Of a stretch of DNA of 64,000 bases, positions 45,592 through 54,080 are shown piece after piece. The notes under the pieces are model-generated. The model was given only the letters and a program-made list of their open reading frames with translations, made no database searches and was not told the origin of the DNA. Position 1 is the first letter of the stretch, and every line of letters starts with the position of its first letter. Position numbers and translations under genes: made by a program. The stretch comes from a virus (taxonomy: Duplodnaviria > Caudoviricetes): the IMG/VR virus record IMGVR_UViG_3300041964_000148. The stretch is one strand, 5' to 3'.

Positions 45592-46028
45592 TAGTTGCTC
45601 TGGCAGAAATGGCAGTCGTACCCAGTACGGTACTCTCCGCTAGCCCCGTTGAAGGAGCCACAATACCCGCAGTAATCTCCGTTGCCACAGAGATGCTCTG
45701 TGACCGTTTTGAAATACAGGGGCTTGATTAAGCAGAAGTCGCCTTCTACCCGCATTCCATAAGTGCCGAAGCTGCTTCCGTCAGAACGGAATGGGCGGAA
45801 TAGTTTCCACTCTTCGCCCCCATTTTGCCAACTAACAATGGTGTCGTTTTGGCGCTGGGGAGGGGTTTTCTCTCCGATTGCGAAGGTGTCTTTTACTTGG
45901 CAAGCAACAAGATGGTTGTTTTCCATCTCATTGATTTCCTCGGCAGACTTCTCTTTGAAACGAGAAGAACTCCTTACCGTAGTGAAATTTTGGTAAAGAT
46001 CACTCGTGAACATATAGTAATTCATCAT
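45591..46028 (-). CDS. hypothetical protein with C-terminal Zn ribbon (first gene of the operon)
   Basis: CGYCG..CHFC; ATG after AGCAAAACC. Confidence 0.7.
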   Translation of the reverse strand: MMNYYMFTSDLYQNFTTVRSSSRFKEKSAEEINEMENNHLVACQVKDTFAIGEKTPPQRQNDTIVSWQNGGEEWKLFRPFRSDGSSFGTYGMRVEGDFCLIKPLYFKTVTEHLCGNGDYCGYCGSFNGASGEYRTGYDCHFCQSN

Positions 46029-46052
46029 GGTTTTGCTTCCTAACATAATACC

Positions 46053-46082
46053 ATTGTAACATTTGTGTTACACCACCGTCAA
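46053..46082 (-). promoter_or_regulatory. sigma-70 promoter with overlapping palindromic operator
   Basis: TTGACG-N18-TACAAT with TG extension; palindrome TGTAACA-N4-TGTTACA at 46055..46072. Confidence 0.7.
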
Positions 46083-46156
46083 TCTGTCTTTCAACAGTAT
46101 ACGTAGCACTGGAAGACCCCACTTCCATCACTTTCAAGTTATGAAGCTATGAACTA

Positions 46157-46867
46157 TCACAGTCCTCTGGGAGTGGGGCGATAGTGGGCGATCGCACCCT
46201 CTAGTTGCTCAACCAATCTTTCCCTCACACCTGATTGGCTCAGTACTTTGCAATCCTTCCCGTACCGGATGATTTCCCGGATGAACCAGAAGGTACTTGT
46301 AATCCTGCGGGTGACGACCTTCACCTTGCCGTCCCAAGAGTCAAGCCGATCCTTCTCCCCCTCCCTGAAGGCGTGAGCCAGCCCTCTGTATAATTCAAAC
46401 TGCACAGGAATCGTTGCCATGCCTTCTTCCCGCCAAGTGCTGGCATCCAGCGGGAAGAAGGCATCAGCGTTAGTTACGCGGTCAAACCGGAAGCACCAGT
46501 TATGGCGCAGTGGCTCTAAGTCCTGGTTATCCTCGGTTTCATCGCACCAGCATTCGAGGTAGTAGTAGCCCTCTCTAAGCACTCGCTCTCCGTAGCGAAC
46601 GGTGAAGACAAAGGGTTTGCCCGCTGCATCTGCGTAGGAGAAACGAAAGGGAGTTTTGTTGCACAACAGTTCTAAAATCTTCCTCGCCTGGGGTGAGTCT
46701 AGGCTGGGAGGTATGCTTGTTTCGACTGCTTCGTGTGCGATCGCCTTGTAGAAAGCCGTCTGATTTCCTTCTTCGCCCCACAGGTATCCGTGTTTGGCTG
46801 CGATCACCTTGAATTGCCGTTGCTCCTCTTCAGTAACACTGAGTTGGACTGTATTTCGCTTGCTCAT
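46157..46867 (-). CDS. WYL-domain transcriptional regulator (RHH-like N-terminus, cyanobacterial type)
   Basis: QLSV.E.E...F..IA..HG..WG..GN; F.FSY.DA.G; YLECWCDETE; NW.FRFDR; FWF.REI.RYG..C.V. Confidence 0.85.
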   Translation of the reverse strand: MSKRNTVQLSVTEEEQRQFKVIAAKHGYLWGEEGNQTAFYKAIAHEAVETSIPPSLDSPQARKILELLCNKTPFRFSYADAAGKPFVFTVRYGERVLREGYYYLECWCDETEDNQDLEPLRHNWCFRFDRVTNADAFFPLDASTWREEGMATIPVQFELYRGLAHAFREGEKDRLDSWDGKVKVVTRRITSTFWFIREIIRYGKDCKVLSQSGVRERLVEQLEGAIAHYRPTPRGL

Positions 46868-46947
46868 TGACTTTTGAGTGGTAACAGGATAAATATAATT
46901 CTATCCTGCTAATTGCTAGAATAGGGGATGTCCCCTAGGAGAAATTC

Positions 46948-47373
46948 ATGCTCGACATATTCGACAAAGACGGAACCTTAGTTGAAACCAAGTCTGGAGA
47001 ACCGTTTCCCAAGCTTGGCGACCAAAGGTTGATCTCAGGAGTCAAAGAGCGAATCGCGGATTCGGCTGCCGCAGGCAACATCATTGTTGTTGCTAGCAAT
47101 CAAGGTGGCATTGAGAAAGGGTACAAGCCCTTGGAGGATGCGATCGCAGAATTCCAGGAGGTGATGAAACTTCTTCCTGAAATTAGTATGTGTCTTTTTT
47201 GCCCTGATTTTGCAGGTAATGATTGCTGGATAGTTGCAAATCCCTTGCAAAATGCCATTAACGTTTTTCCTCCAGATACAACCCATGTACTCTTCCGCTC
47301 TAGTAGTTTAAACGAAATATTTATTTCATTCGCGTACAGAGCGGGGAAGAACAACAACGTACCAACTCTTTGA
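46948..47373 (+). CDS. HAD-family (GmhB / PNKP 3'-phosphatase-like) protein, apparently C-truncated
   Basis: FDKDGTL, ASNQGG, FCP; later KP and GD motifs not seen. Confidence 0.7.
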   Translation: MLDIFDKDGTLVETKSGEPFPKLGDQRLISGVKERIADSAAAGNIIVVASNQGGIEKGYKPLEDAIAEFQEVMKLLPEISMCLFCPDFAGNDCWIVANPLQNAINVFPPDTTHVLFRSSSLNEIFISFAYRAGKNNNVPTL

Positions 47374-47627
47374 GCGAATTAATTGTAAAAAGTGAAAACC
47401 TTAACTTCCCCGAACTTGCTGGTTCAATTGCCCAGATTACTTGGGCAGAACAAATTCGCCAAAAAACGAGTTCTGAGATTCTGCGGCGAGTCAATCCTGA
47501 ACACAAAAGTAAGTTACTAGAATTGTTACCCATGCTACCAGTGTTGGCAAAAGAGTGGATTGATAATCGCGATAACTCTGTTGATTGGGCAATGTCTAAA
47601 CTCAAACAACTTGCTCGATATCGATAG
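47370..47627 (+). CDS. hypothetical protein
   Basis: PEL.GS..QI.WA..IR..A..WIDNR pattern. Confidence 0.65.
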   Translation: MSELIVKSENLNFPELAGSIAQITWAEQIRQKTSSEILRRVNPEHKSKLLELLPMLPVLAKEWIDNRDNSVDWAMSKLKQLARYR

Positions 47628-47644
47628 TCTAATAGCAGGTATCA

Positions 47645-47932
47645 ATGAATAATTCAATTGCAAACACTTTAGACCTTCTACGCCAGGAATTTCCAAACTT
47701 GGAGTGGAAAGGGTACAAGATCAATAAAGATCATGCTCATGGCTTTGTTGCTGTCTTCTGTGGTTGGTGGAAGTTAACCGTTGAGGTTACTTCTTTTGGT
47801 TGTATGGCAAATCTTTCTGGAGGACATAGCATTATTACTGGTTCCCCCAACGAGCAAGGTAAATCACTCGAAGAGGTAATAGCCCATGTCAGAAATGAAT
47901 GGGAAAAAATTGCTCATGCGATGAGCAAGTAA
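47645..47932 (+). CDS. hypothetical protein
   Basis: Co-directional; followed by a terminator (about 47955..47987). Confidence 0.65.
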   Translation: MNNSIANTLDLLRQEFPNLEWKGYKINKDHAHGFVAVFCGWWKLTVEVTSFGCMANLSGGHSIITGSPNEQGKSLEEVIAHVRNEWEKIAHAMSK

Positions 47933-47991
47933 TTTGCAACGCAGATATCTATGAGCAAAGCCTCGGCAAGATTGCCGAGGCTTTTTTGTGT

Positions 47992-48837
47992 CTATTTTGT
48001 AGCGTTACTTACCTTTCTGGCTGCCACCTTATCCTTGGAACTAGCCTTCAGGAACTTAGGAGGGGAAGCTGAAGGCATACTGTTCGACTCTATAACCTCG
48101 AACAAATTCAACTCCGGCACAAATCGAGTTCTTACCTGGATAAAAGGGGGTTTCCCTTGCTTTTCTTTATTGCCCTGTGGATTAAACCTGAATGGCTTTA
48201 CCAACGAATTTTGCCACTTCAAGGGGATATGTATTGCTTTTAGGGCTTGAACTTTTTCTTGCCCAGTGAAGCCTTCAAGAAAACGAACTCTCGCTTCATT
48301 TGAATTTCTGAAGACTGTGAGAACTGGCAGCTTGGAGACTGGGATGAATTGCCACAGTCCAGATAACTCAAATTCAAAATCCTTGAATTTATTGGTAACC
48401 GACCCTTCGGCATGAGAACGAGCTATCTCTTCATGTTTGGGTCCAACAAATCCCACCAAATTGAAAGAAAGCTGGCAGGGACGATCTCTCCCAGGAAAGT
48501 GGACAAATCGCGGGTAAACAATCAGTCTCTGGAATGCTATTCCCGTGGTTTCTATATACTTTCTTAAGGCAAAAAAAACGCCCGTGTTTCTACGCTTGTA
48601 ACCTAATCGATGAATTTCTTCTCCTTGGTCAAGTCCACAATACCCCAATCGATAGGAATTATCTCCAATCTTGATGGACGCGACACCCTGTTCGTTGAAA
48701 GAAACCTCACCGGATATGATCCCAACTGCCTTGAATAAGGCATCAGGATCTGGCTTTTCTGCTAAGGTTACCTGGGTGGCTTTGGGCTTAAGGACTGGCT
48801 TAAGTACTAGCTTAGGATTTGCTGTAATTGCAGGCAT
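47992..48837 (-). CDS. hypothetical protein of a type seen on cyanobacterial plasmids
   Basis: F.AVGII.GEV..RL.VYP..GLWQFIPV pattern (recalled, not searched). Confidence 0.6.
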   Translation of the reverse strand: MPAITANPKLVLKPVLKPKATQVTLAEKPDPDALFKAVGIISGEVSFNEQGVASIKIGDNSYRLGYCGLDQGEEIHRLGYKRRNTGVFFALRKYIETTGIAFQRLIVYPRFVHFPGRDRPCQLSFNLVGFVGPKHEEIARSHAEGSVTNKFKDFEFELSGLWQFIPVSKLPVLTVFRNSNEARVRFLEGFTGQEKVQALKAIHIPLKWQNSLVKPFRFNPQGNKEKQGKPPFIQVRTRFVPELNLFEVIESNSMPSASPPKFLKASSKDKVAARKVSNATK

Positions 48838-48963
48838 GGTTAAGGTTAATCTAAGACTTTGTGCTTCACATGGATCATTTTGCCATGTATTTCGCTGGAT
48901 AGTTCAATATTTGGTTAATAAGAAAACTGTTATAATCATTTATAGTTTTTGTGAGTAAAATAT

Positions 48964-50403
48964 ATGCCGATCGCAGGCTTAACTGGTCGCCCCAAGGAGT
49001 TTAGTACCGTAGGGCGTATTGATATTTCTGTATTCAAAGGACGGCGCAAAACTGCAACAAGGGCAGGAACCGATCTAGAAACACATTTGCGAATCGCTAC
49101 TACCAACCCAACTGCTGCTAAAATCCTGCGCGAGTACTACGGCGAACCAGATGGCAATGGTGACTTTTTGACCGAAACAATCAATGTTTACTTAGGGTTT
49201 GATGATGTTAATAAGACTTTTTGGACTGGGATGAGGAAGTTTAGTGCCTCTGGGCTTGAACTCGAATGCGATAGGCACACCATCTACAAGCGCTGCATCC
49301 CGTACACGGACGACAAAGGCAATAGATGGCGACCAGTAGTGGATGTTCAAGAAGTTTGCCCTATGCGCGACAAGGGCTTTTCTGGAGAGTGTCCGAATGA
49401 ATGCGTTAAGGAAGGTAGGCTTACTTTTTTCATCAAGGAGATCCTTGATCAAGACTTAATGCTTCCTGTTAAGCTAACCGTTCATGGTTATGCAGACATT
49501 ACCCACATTGATGAGCGATTGCCATCCCTCTTTGATGAGTTGGGCAGCTTAACTACCTCTCCATTCCCCTCTATCCTCACTCGGAACAAGATTCCGTTCG
49601 TTCTCAGCCGCGTTAAGGTCAGAAATAAAAGGCCGGGAATGAAGGAGAACGGACAAGACGCTAGAGGGAAAAAGCTCTACAAGCGTACAGGAACGAAGTC
49701 CGATGATTGGACTTGGGCAATTGATATTCAGTGCGACCCCTACTGGATGGAGCTGCGGCGTAAGTGGCAACTTGTACAGGAGTTGCGAAGCTATGGGAGG
49801 CAGCTACCTGGGCAAACGATCGCATCTCTGCTAAATGGGGACGCTTCCACAGTTATTGATGTAGAAGCGACCACCGTTGCAGAGCCTCTCGCACTCCCAA
49901 CGCACAGTAGCACGGTTGAGATTGAGTCTGTATCCAGTGAGTTACTGTCGGCTCCTGCAAGTGATCGCTATTTAAACAACCCCCAACTCGATCTACTGGA
50001 GAACCTATTTGAACAAAATGAATGGGATGAAGAGTCCGTTAGTGCAATGCTACAAAGGGAATTTGAGGTGGCGGAGCTGAATGAACTCAAGGCTGATGAT
50101 TATGAGAAAGTGTATGCGATCGCCTCTAGCCCTCAGCGCATCACTGTAGAATGTTGGACTCAAGAAATTGAACCTGTATTTAGGCAGAATGGCTGGTTTC
50201 TACTCCAGGATGGAAAGGAGAAGATGATGGCAGCCTTCCTCATGCTGCAATCTGAGTACGGGATAACCCGTTTAGGGGAAATATACACGTCCCAGATACC
50301 TGAAGTACTGGAGTTTGCCGCAAACCATGAAGTGCGCGATCGCTGGTTGAATCTCCCTGAACCAAAGCCCACCCAATCTCTCCCATCTCAGAGCGGTGAC
50401 TAA
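48964..50403 (+). CDS. Gp3-like recombination directionality factor-family protein
   Basis: G.I...KG; CD; CP..CP.EC..EGRL.F.I; IPFVL.R. Confidence 0.55.
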   Translation: MPIAGLTGRPKEFSTVGRIDISVFKGRRKTATRAGTDLETHLRIATTNPTAAKILREYYGEPDGNGDFLTETINVYLGFDDVNKTFWTGMRKFSASGLELECDRHTIYKRCIPYTDDKGNRWRPVVDVQEVCPMRDKGFSGECPNECVKEGRLTFFIKEILDQDLMLPVKLTVHGYADITHIDERLPSLFDELGSLTTSPFPSILTRNKIPFVLSRVKVRNKRPGMKENGQDARGKKLYKRTGTKSDDWTWAIDIQCDPYWMELRRKWQLVQELRSYGRQLPGQTIASLLNGDASTVIDVEATTVAEPLALPTHSSTVEIESVSSELLSAPASDRYLNNPQLDLLENLFEQNEWDEESVSAMLQREFEVAELNELKADDYEKVYAIASSPQRITVECWTQEIEPVFRQNGWFLLQDGKEKMMAAFLMLQSEYGITRLGEIYTSQIPEVLEFAANHEVRDRWLNLPEPKPTQSLPSQSGD

Positions 50404-50479
50404 TTATTTGTCATTAATGACTAATTGTTGTCATCACGACTAATTAAGTGTCGTCAATGACAAGTTAAATGTCGTCAAA
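50398..50479. repeat. four degenerate ~21-bp tandem repeats
   Basis: GACTAATTATTTGTCATTAAT / GACTAATTGTTGTCATCAC / GACTAATTAAGTGTCGTCAAT / GACAAGTTAAATGTCGTCAAA. Confidence 0.75.
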
Positions 50480-50509
50480 GATGAAACTTCGGCTCCCCAT
50501 GAGCCGAAG

Positions 50510-50971
50510 TTAACAGCACCAAATTAGCAACCCTCTTAATCTCAATTCAACCGCAACCATCCAGTCTGGGAAGCTGTTCCTAACTTCTACAAAGTGACTT
50601 TGCCCAAGGGGTTGGTAAACAGCGGAAGCTGGAGAGTACAAATCTCCAGCAGCTTCTAACCAATTTGGGTAAGATGCGATCCAGAATGCAGGAATTCCTT
50701 GCGATCGCATCTTCCAAATATTTAAAGTCATCAGGAGCGGGCAGGTATAACTGTGACCGCTCCTGCCGTGAATAGAGTGTCCAACCCACCAGAAATCTTT
50801 TAGTCGAAGAATCACTTGATCCTTGGAGCAGCGAAACTCTTGCCATCCAAATAGAAGTTTTGGGTTGATGCGTGTATAAATCTCTTCTCTGAGCGCACTG
50901 TTAATCATGATTTTGTGAGATTCTTTTTTTAGAGGCAACTTCTGTCGAAATTCCTGATAAAAGGGTAACAC
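50510..50971 (-). CDS. hypothetical protein
   Basis: ORF track; likely start MINSAL. Confidence 0.55.
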   Translation of the reverse strand: MLPFYQEFRQKLPLKKESHKIMINSALREEIYTRINPKLLFGWQEFRCSKDQVILRLKDFWWVGHSIHGRSGHSYTCPLLMTLNIWKMRSQGIPAFWIASYPNWLEAAGDLYSPASAVYQPLGQSHFVEVRNSFPDWMVAVELRLRGLLIWCC

Positions 50972-51039
50972 AGGGACTTTTGTAGTTCTTGTATTACCCT
51001 TTGTTACAATGAGGCTAATAACACTTTAGTACCTTTAGT

Positions 51040-51267
51040 ATGAAAGACCCGGAATTCCGATTAAAAATCGAGACGACCTCCGACTCAAGCTCTGCCTACA
51101 AATATGCGGGGGACATCGAAGTCATTTACCCGTCCCCAAAACATGACAATTCTGTTGTGGAGCTACGGGTCAGTGAGTATCAGTTAATCGTTGACATTGA
51201 CAAATTAAGTAAAGCAATGGAAGCGGTTAAAGCTATTCGACAGGTAATAACACCGACCGATGATTAG
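51040..51267 (+). CDS. hypothetical protein
   Basis: TGTTACAAT promoter upstream. Confidence 0.6.
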   Translation: MKDPEFRLKIETTSDSSSAYKYAGDIEVIYPSPKHDNSVVELRVSEYQLIVDIDKLSKAMEAVKAIRQVITPTDD

Positions 51268-51300
51268 CGATCGCATTCTCCTGGTTAAGATGCTAGGATT

Positions 51301-51468
51301 GTATCAAGTACAGATTTGAGTGAACGAGTTAGGTGTACGCCTTCAAATCTAAAAAACACAGGCTTCCCTGAACTGTATTGCCTAACGTAAGGTGTAAAGG
51401 AAGTCAGAGGCTCACGTAGAGCTACAGCGGGTGAAAATCCCGCTATTTTAATGCCTTTAACTTGATAC
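51301..51468 (+). ncRNA. candidate structured ncRNA, family unassigned
   Basis: 9-bp closing helix and four internal helices; complementary loop segments; T-loop-like UGAAAAU. Confidence 0.55.
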
Positions 51469-51587
51469 TATAGCGATCGCATCTCATTTCAATTACTCTG
51501 GTCTTAATTAACAAAGCCGCTCCCGGTGAAATACTTGGAGCGGCTTTTTGCGCTTGAAAATTTAGAACGCATCATTTAGAACGCCCT

Positions 51588-54080
51588 ATGGTTTCCCTAG
51601 AAAAATTCGTCCGCCCCGACTTCGCCGAAGGTAGATTTACTGATCTAAATGAAGGAAGGATTATGGGTGGAATCCCCGCAGAGATAACTTCTCTGGATGA
51701 CCCAGAAAAAATTGGGCGAATTCAAGTCTGTTGTCCCCTAATTGATGACACTGCAAACCTGCCAAATGGAGAAGATGGTTGGGTTCACGTTATTGAACTT
51801 TTTACGAATAATGCAACTCCCGGTGGAGACCATCGTTTACTTCACCTGGGCAGCCAGGTAATCCTTCTCCCTATATTAGGGCATCCCAACCAAATGATAC
51901 TTCTGGGCTGTATTCCCAACCGAGTGGATCGCCCTTCCCCGGAGGTAAATCGGGCGGAAGGGTTGTATGGGCATCAGACTCAGAACGGAATTTTTAAAAT
52001 CCGCAACGACAAGGAGCAATCAGAAATTAATGCATTCCCCCACGGAGTAACACAACATATCTCTGGCGCTGGGGATATCACCCAGCAAACTAAAGAGGGA
52101 GCGAAGATGCAGCTCAAAGCCGATGGCACCGTTCGTAACGAGAACCCCAAGTCTTCAACGACACTCGCGCCGGATGGCAGTGTAGAGACGCGGAATGCGG
52201 CATCCGGTACCAGTGTACTCACCAAAGACGGCAACTGGGAAATCAAATCTAAAAACCAAGCCTCTCTAAAACTCAACGCCGGCGATGCGGTGATGGAAGG
52301 TCCGAAGTCCCAACTCTCCTCCCTCGTCTCTGACCTTAAGCAAAAACTCGCCGGACCACTTGGGCAAGGCGAGTCCCTTGTGCGCCAAATTGAAGGGCTT
52401 AAGGATTCAATCGGCACCATGAGTGTGGATAACCTACTTGTCCAACTACCTCAGGCGATCGCATCCGTAAACGAAATTATTAAATCCTTTCCCGACGCAT
52501 TAGACACCCTTAACGAACTTAAGAAGTTTTCTGTTGAGGAACTCGGCGATTCGCTCATGGGGCAGGCTAACCACTTCCTCGACAAGGGGATAGGGAATAT
52601 TATCCCTGTAATTCAGAAGGTCTTATCCAGTCCTGGCTCTATTGAAGACAAGGTGAATGAACTAGTACTAAACCTGGGCTATACCGGATCTAAACAAGAC
52701 CTACAGAGGACTTTATCAAGTCTAGACGGGATGCCCGATATCCAGACACAGGCTGTAGTAAGCCTTGTAGCGCCTGGGGGGTTTGAGGCATCGCAGAACA
52801 TATTCGGTTTGGGATTGGAATCTTCCCTGGCTAAACTAGACCTACACCTGAACTCTACTAGACCTGTACTAGAGCTAAACCAGGAATTTACGACTAGCTC
52901 CAGTTCAGATCAAGTTCAGGGCTTGTCAAGTACTAATCAAGACCTAAACCTGGCTAAGGTGAGTGAGATGCTAACTAAACTTGGGATTGATAAAACCAAT
53001 CTAGACCTAGCTGCCATCCTTGACCCCAGCTTCTCCTTTACTCCCTCCCGACAAACTAATCCAAATTCACTCGTCACGGAGAACCGTGATATAAAACAAT
53101 TCCTTAACCAATTAATTGAACGAGAAATCCCCAGCCTCCTTCCTGCTCAACTAAAAGATCTATTCAGCAAGGGCGACGTAACAAATCTGGTTCAACTTGC
53201 CCTAACCGGAGGCAACCCGATGGGTATGTTGCTGGGTCAATCCGCCTCAAAACTTGTTGGGGATTTAGCGCCAACCTTATTGCAGGGTGTCGGACTAGGG
53301 AGTGCGATCGCTCCCGTCCAGAAAATCCTTAGTTCCCTCCAGTCGGGCAAATTGGATGGGGTGGGAGAAATTATTAACGACATCATTCCTGGTTTAGACC
53401 TTGATAAGGTCTTGTCAGGTGGTGTCCAGAGTGTTGTCGAGAACGTATTGCCCGATGTTTTGGGTGGATTAACGGGTAAACTTGGCGGACTCTTTGGTGG
53501 TGGGAAGAAAAAAGCTAACTTCGCCTTCAATTCTCTGGACGGCTCTGCGAAGGGTGGAGTTGTCCGTGCTAGTAAAGACAAAGTTGAAGTGGTGGCAGAC
53601 TCTGCTTTGCCCACTGCCAAGATGGTTGTTACGAAGGCGAAGGCATCCCTCGTTGCTCAAACTGGACTTGCCGAAGTGTTCGCGGGCGGTGCGACGGCTG
53701 GGCTATCTACCCCGTTCGGCTCATTCGGGTTTGGTCCCGATGGCGGAGACCTCTTTTCTAAGGGGGCGATGGCGATGCGAATTGCTCAAGAGCTTGGTAA
53801 GTCGGCGGGGTTGATGCTGCATCCTAAATCTGGCGTGTCCCTGGCTAGTTTTGCCGATAAGAAAAAGACGGCTGAAGTCACAATTGATGAGGGCAATATT
53901 TATATTTTTTCTTACGGCAGTGGACACGATGGTATTGCTGTCACTCCCGATGGTGTTTACCTAGAAGGCTGCCATATCCGATCCCTAGTTAATCGCCTTT
54001 CTAGTTTGGAATCTTCGTTCGCTAACTTATCTATCCAATCTGACTTAGGCGATGATTTCATCGGTGGTGCAATTGTTTAA
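51588..54080 (+). CDS. gp5/VgrG/gpV-like baseplate spike with large internal helical domain
   Basis: OB-fold (A.IT.LDDPE.IGRIQV..G.QV...GHPN...LG), followed by beta-repeats. Confidence 0.8.
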   Translation: MVSLEKFVRPDFAEGRFTDLNEGRIMGGIPAEITSLDDPEKIGRIQVCCPLIDDTANLPNGEDGWVHVIELFTNNATPGGDHRLLHLGSQVILLPILGHPNQMILLGCIPNRVDRPSPEVNRAEGLYGHQTQNGIFKIRNDKEQSEINAFPHGVTQHISGAGDITQQTKEGAKMQLKADGTVRNENPKSSTTLAPDGSVETRNAASGTSVLTKDGNWEIKSKNQASLKLNAGDAVMEGPKSQLSSLVSDLKQKLAGPLGQGESLVRQIEGLKDSIGTMSVDNLLVQLPQAIASVNEIIKSFPDALDTLNELKKFSVEELGDSLMGQANHFLDKGIGNIIPVIQKVLSSPGSIEDKVNELVLNLGYTGSKQDLQRTLSSLDGMPDIQTQAVVSLVAPGGFEASQNIFGLGLESSLAKLDLHLNSTRPVLELNQEFTTSSSSDQVQGLSSTNQDLNLAKVSEMLTKLGIDKTNLDLAAILDPSFSFTPSRQTNPNSLVTENRDIKQFLNQLIEREIPSLLPAQLKDLFSKGDVTNLVQLALTGGNPMGMLLGQSASKLVGDLAPTLLQGVGLGSAIAPVQKILSSLQSGKLDGVGEIINDIIPGLDLDKVLSGGVQSVVENVLPDVLGGLTGKLGGLFGGGKKKANFAFNSLDGSAKGGVVRASKDKVEVVADSALPTAKMVVTKAKASLVAQTGLAEVFAGGATAGLSTPFGSFGFGPDGGDLFSKGAMAMRIAQELGKSAGLMLHPKSGVSLASFADKKKTAEVTIDEGNIYIFSYGSGHDGIAVTPDGVYLEGCHIRSLVNRLSSLESSFANLSIQSDLGDDFIGGAIV

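Noticed and set aside
46055-46072. NtcA box
   Set aside because: Spacing is GTA-N10-TAC, not GTA-N8-TAC
51301-51468. tRNA, tmRNA or lysine riboswitch
   Set aside because: No cloverleaf, CCA or tag frame; lysine-riboswitch conserved nucleotides not evident despite a loosely similar topology
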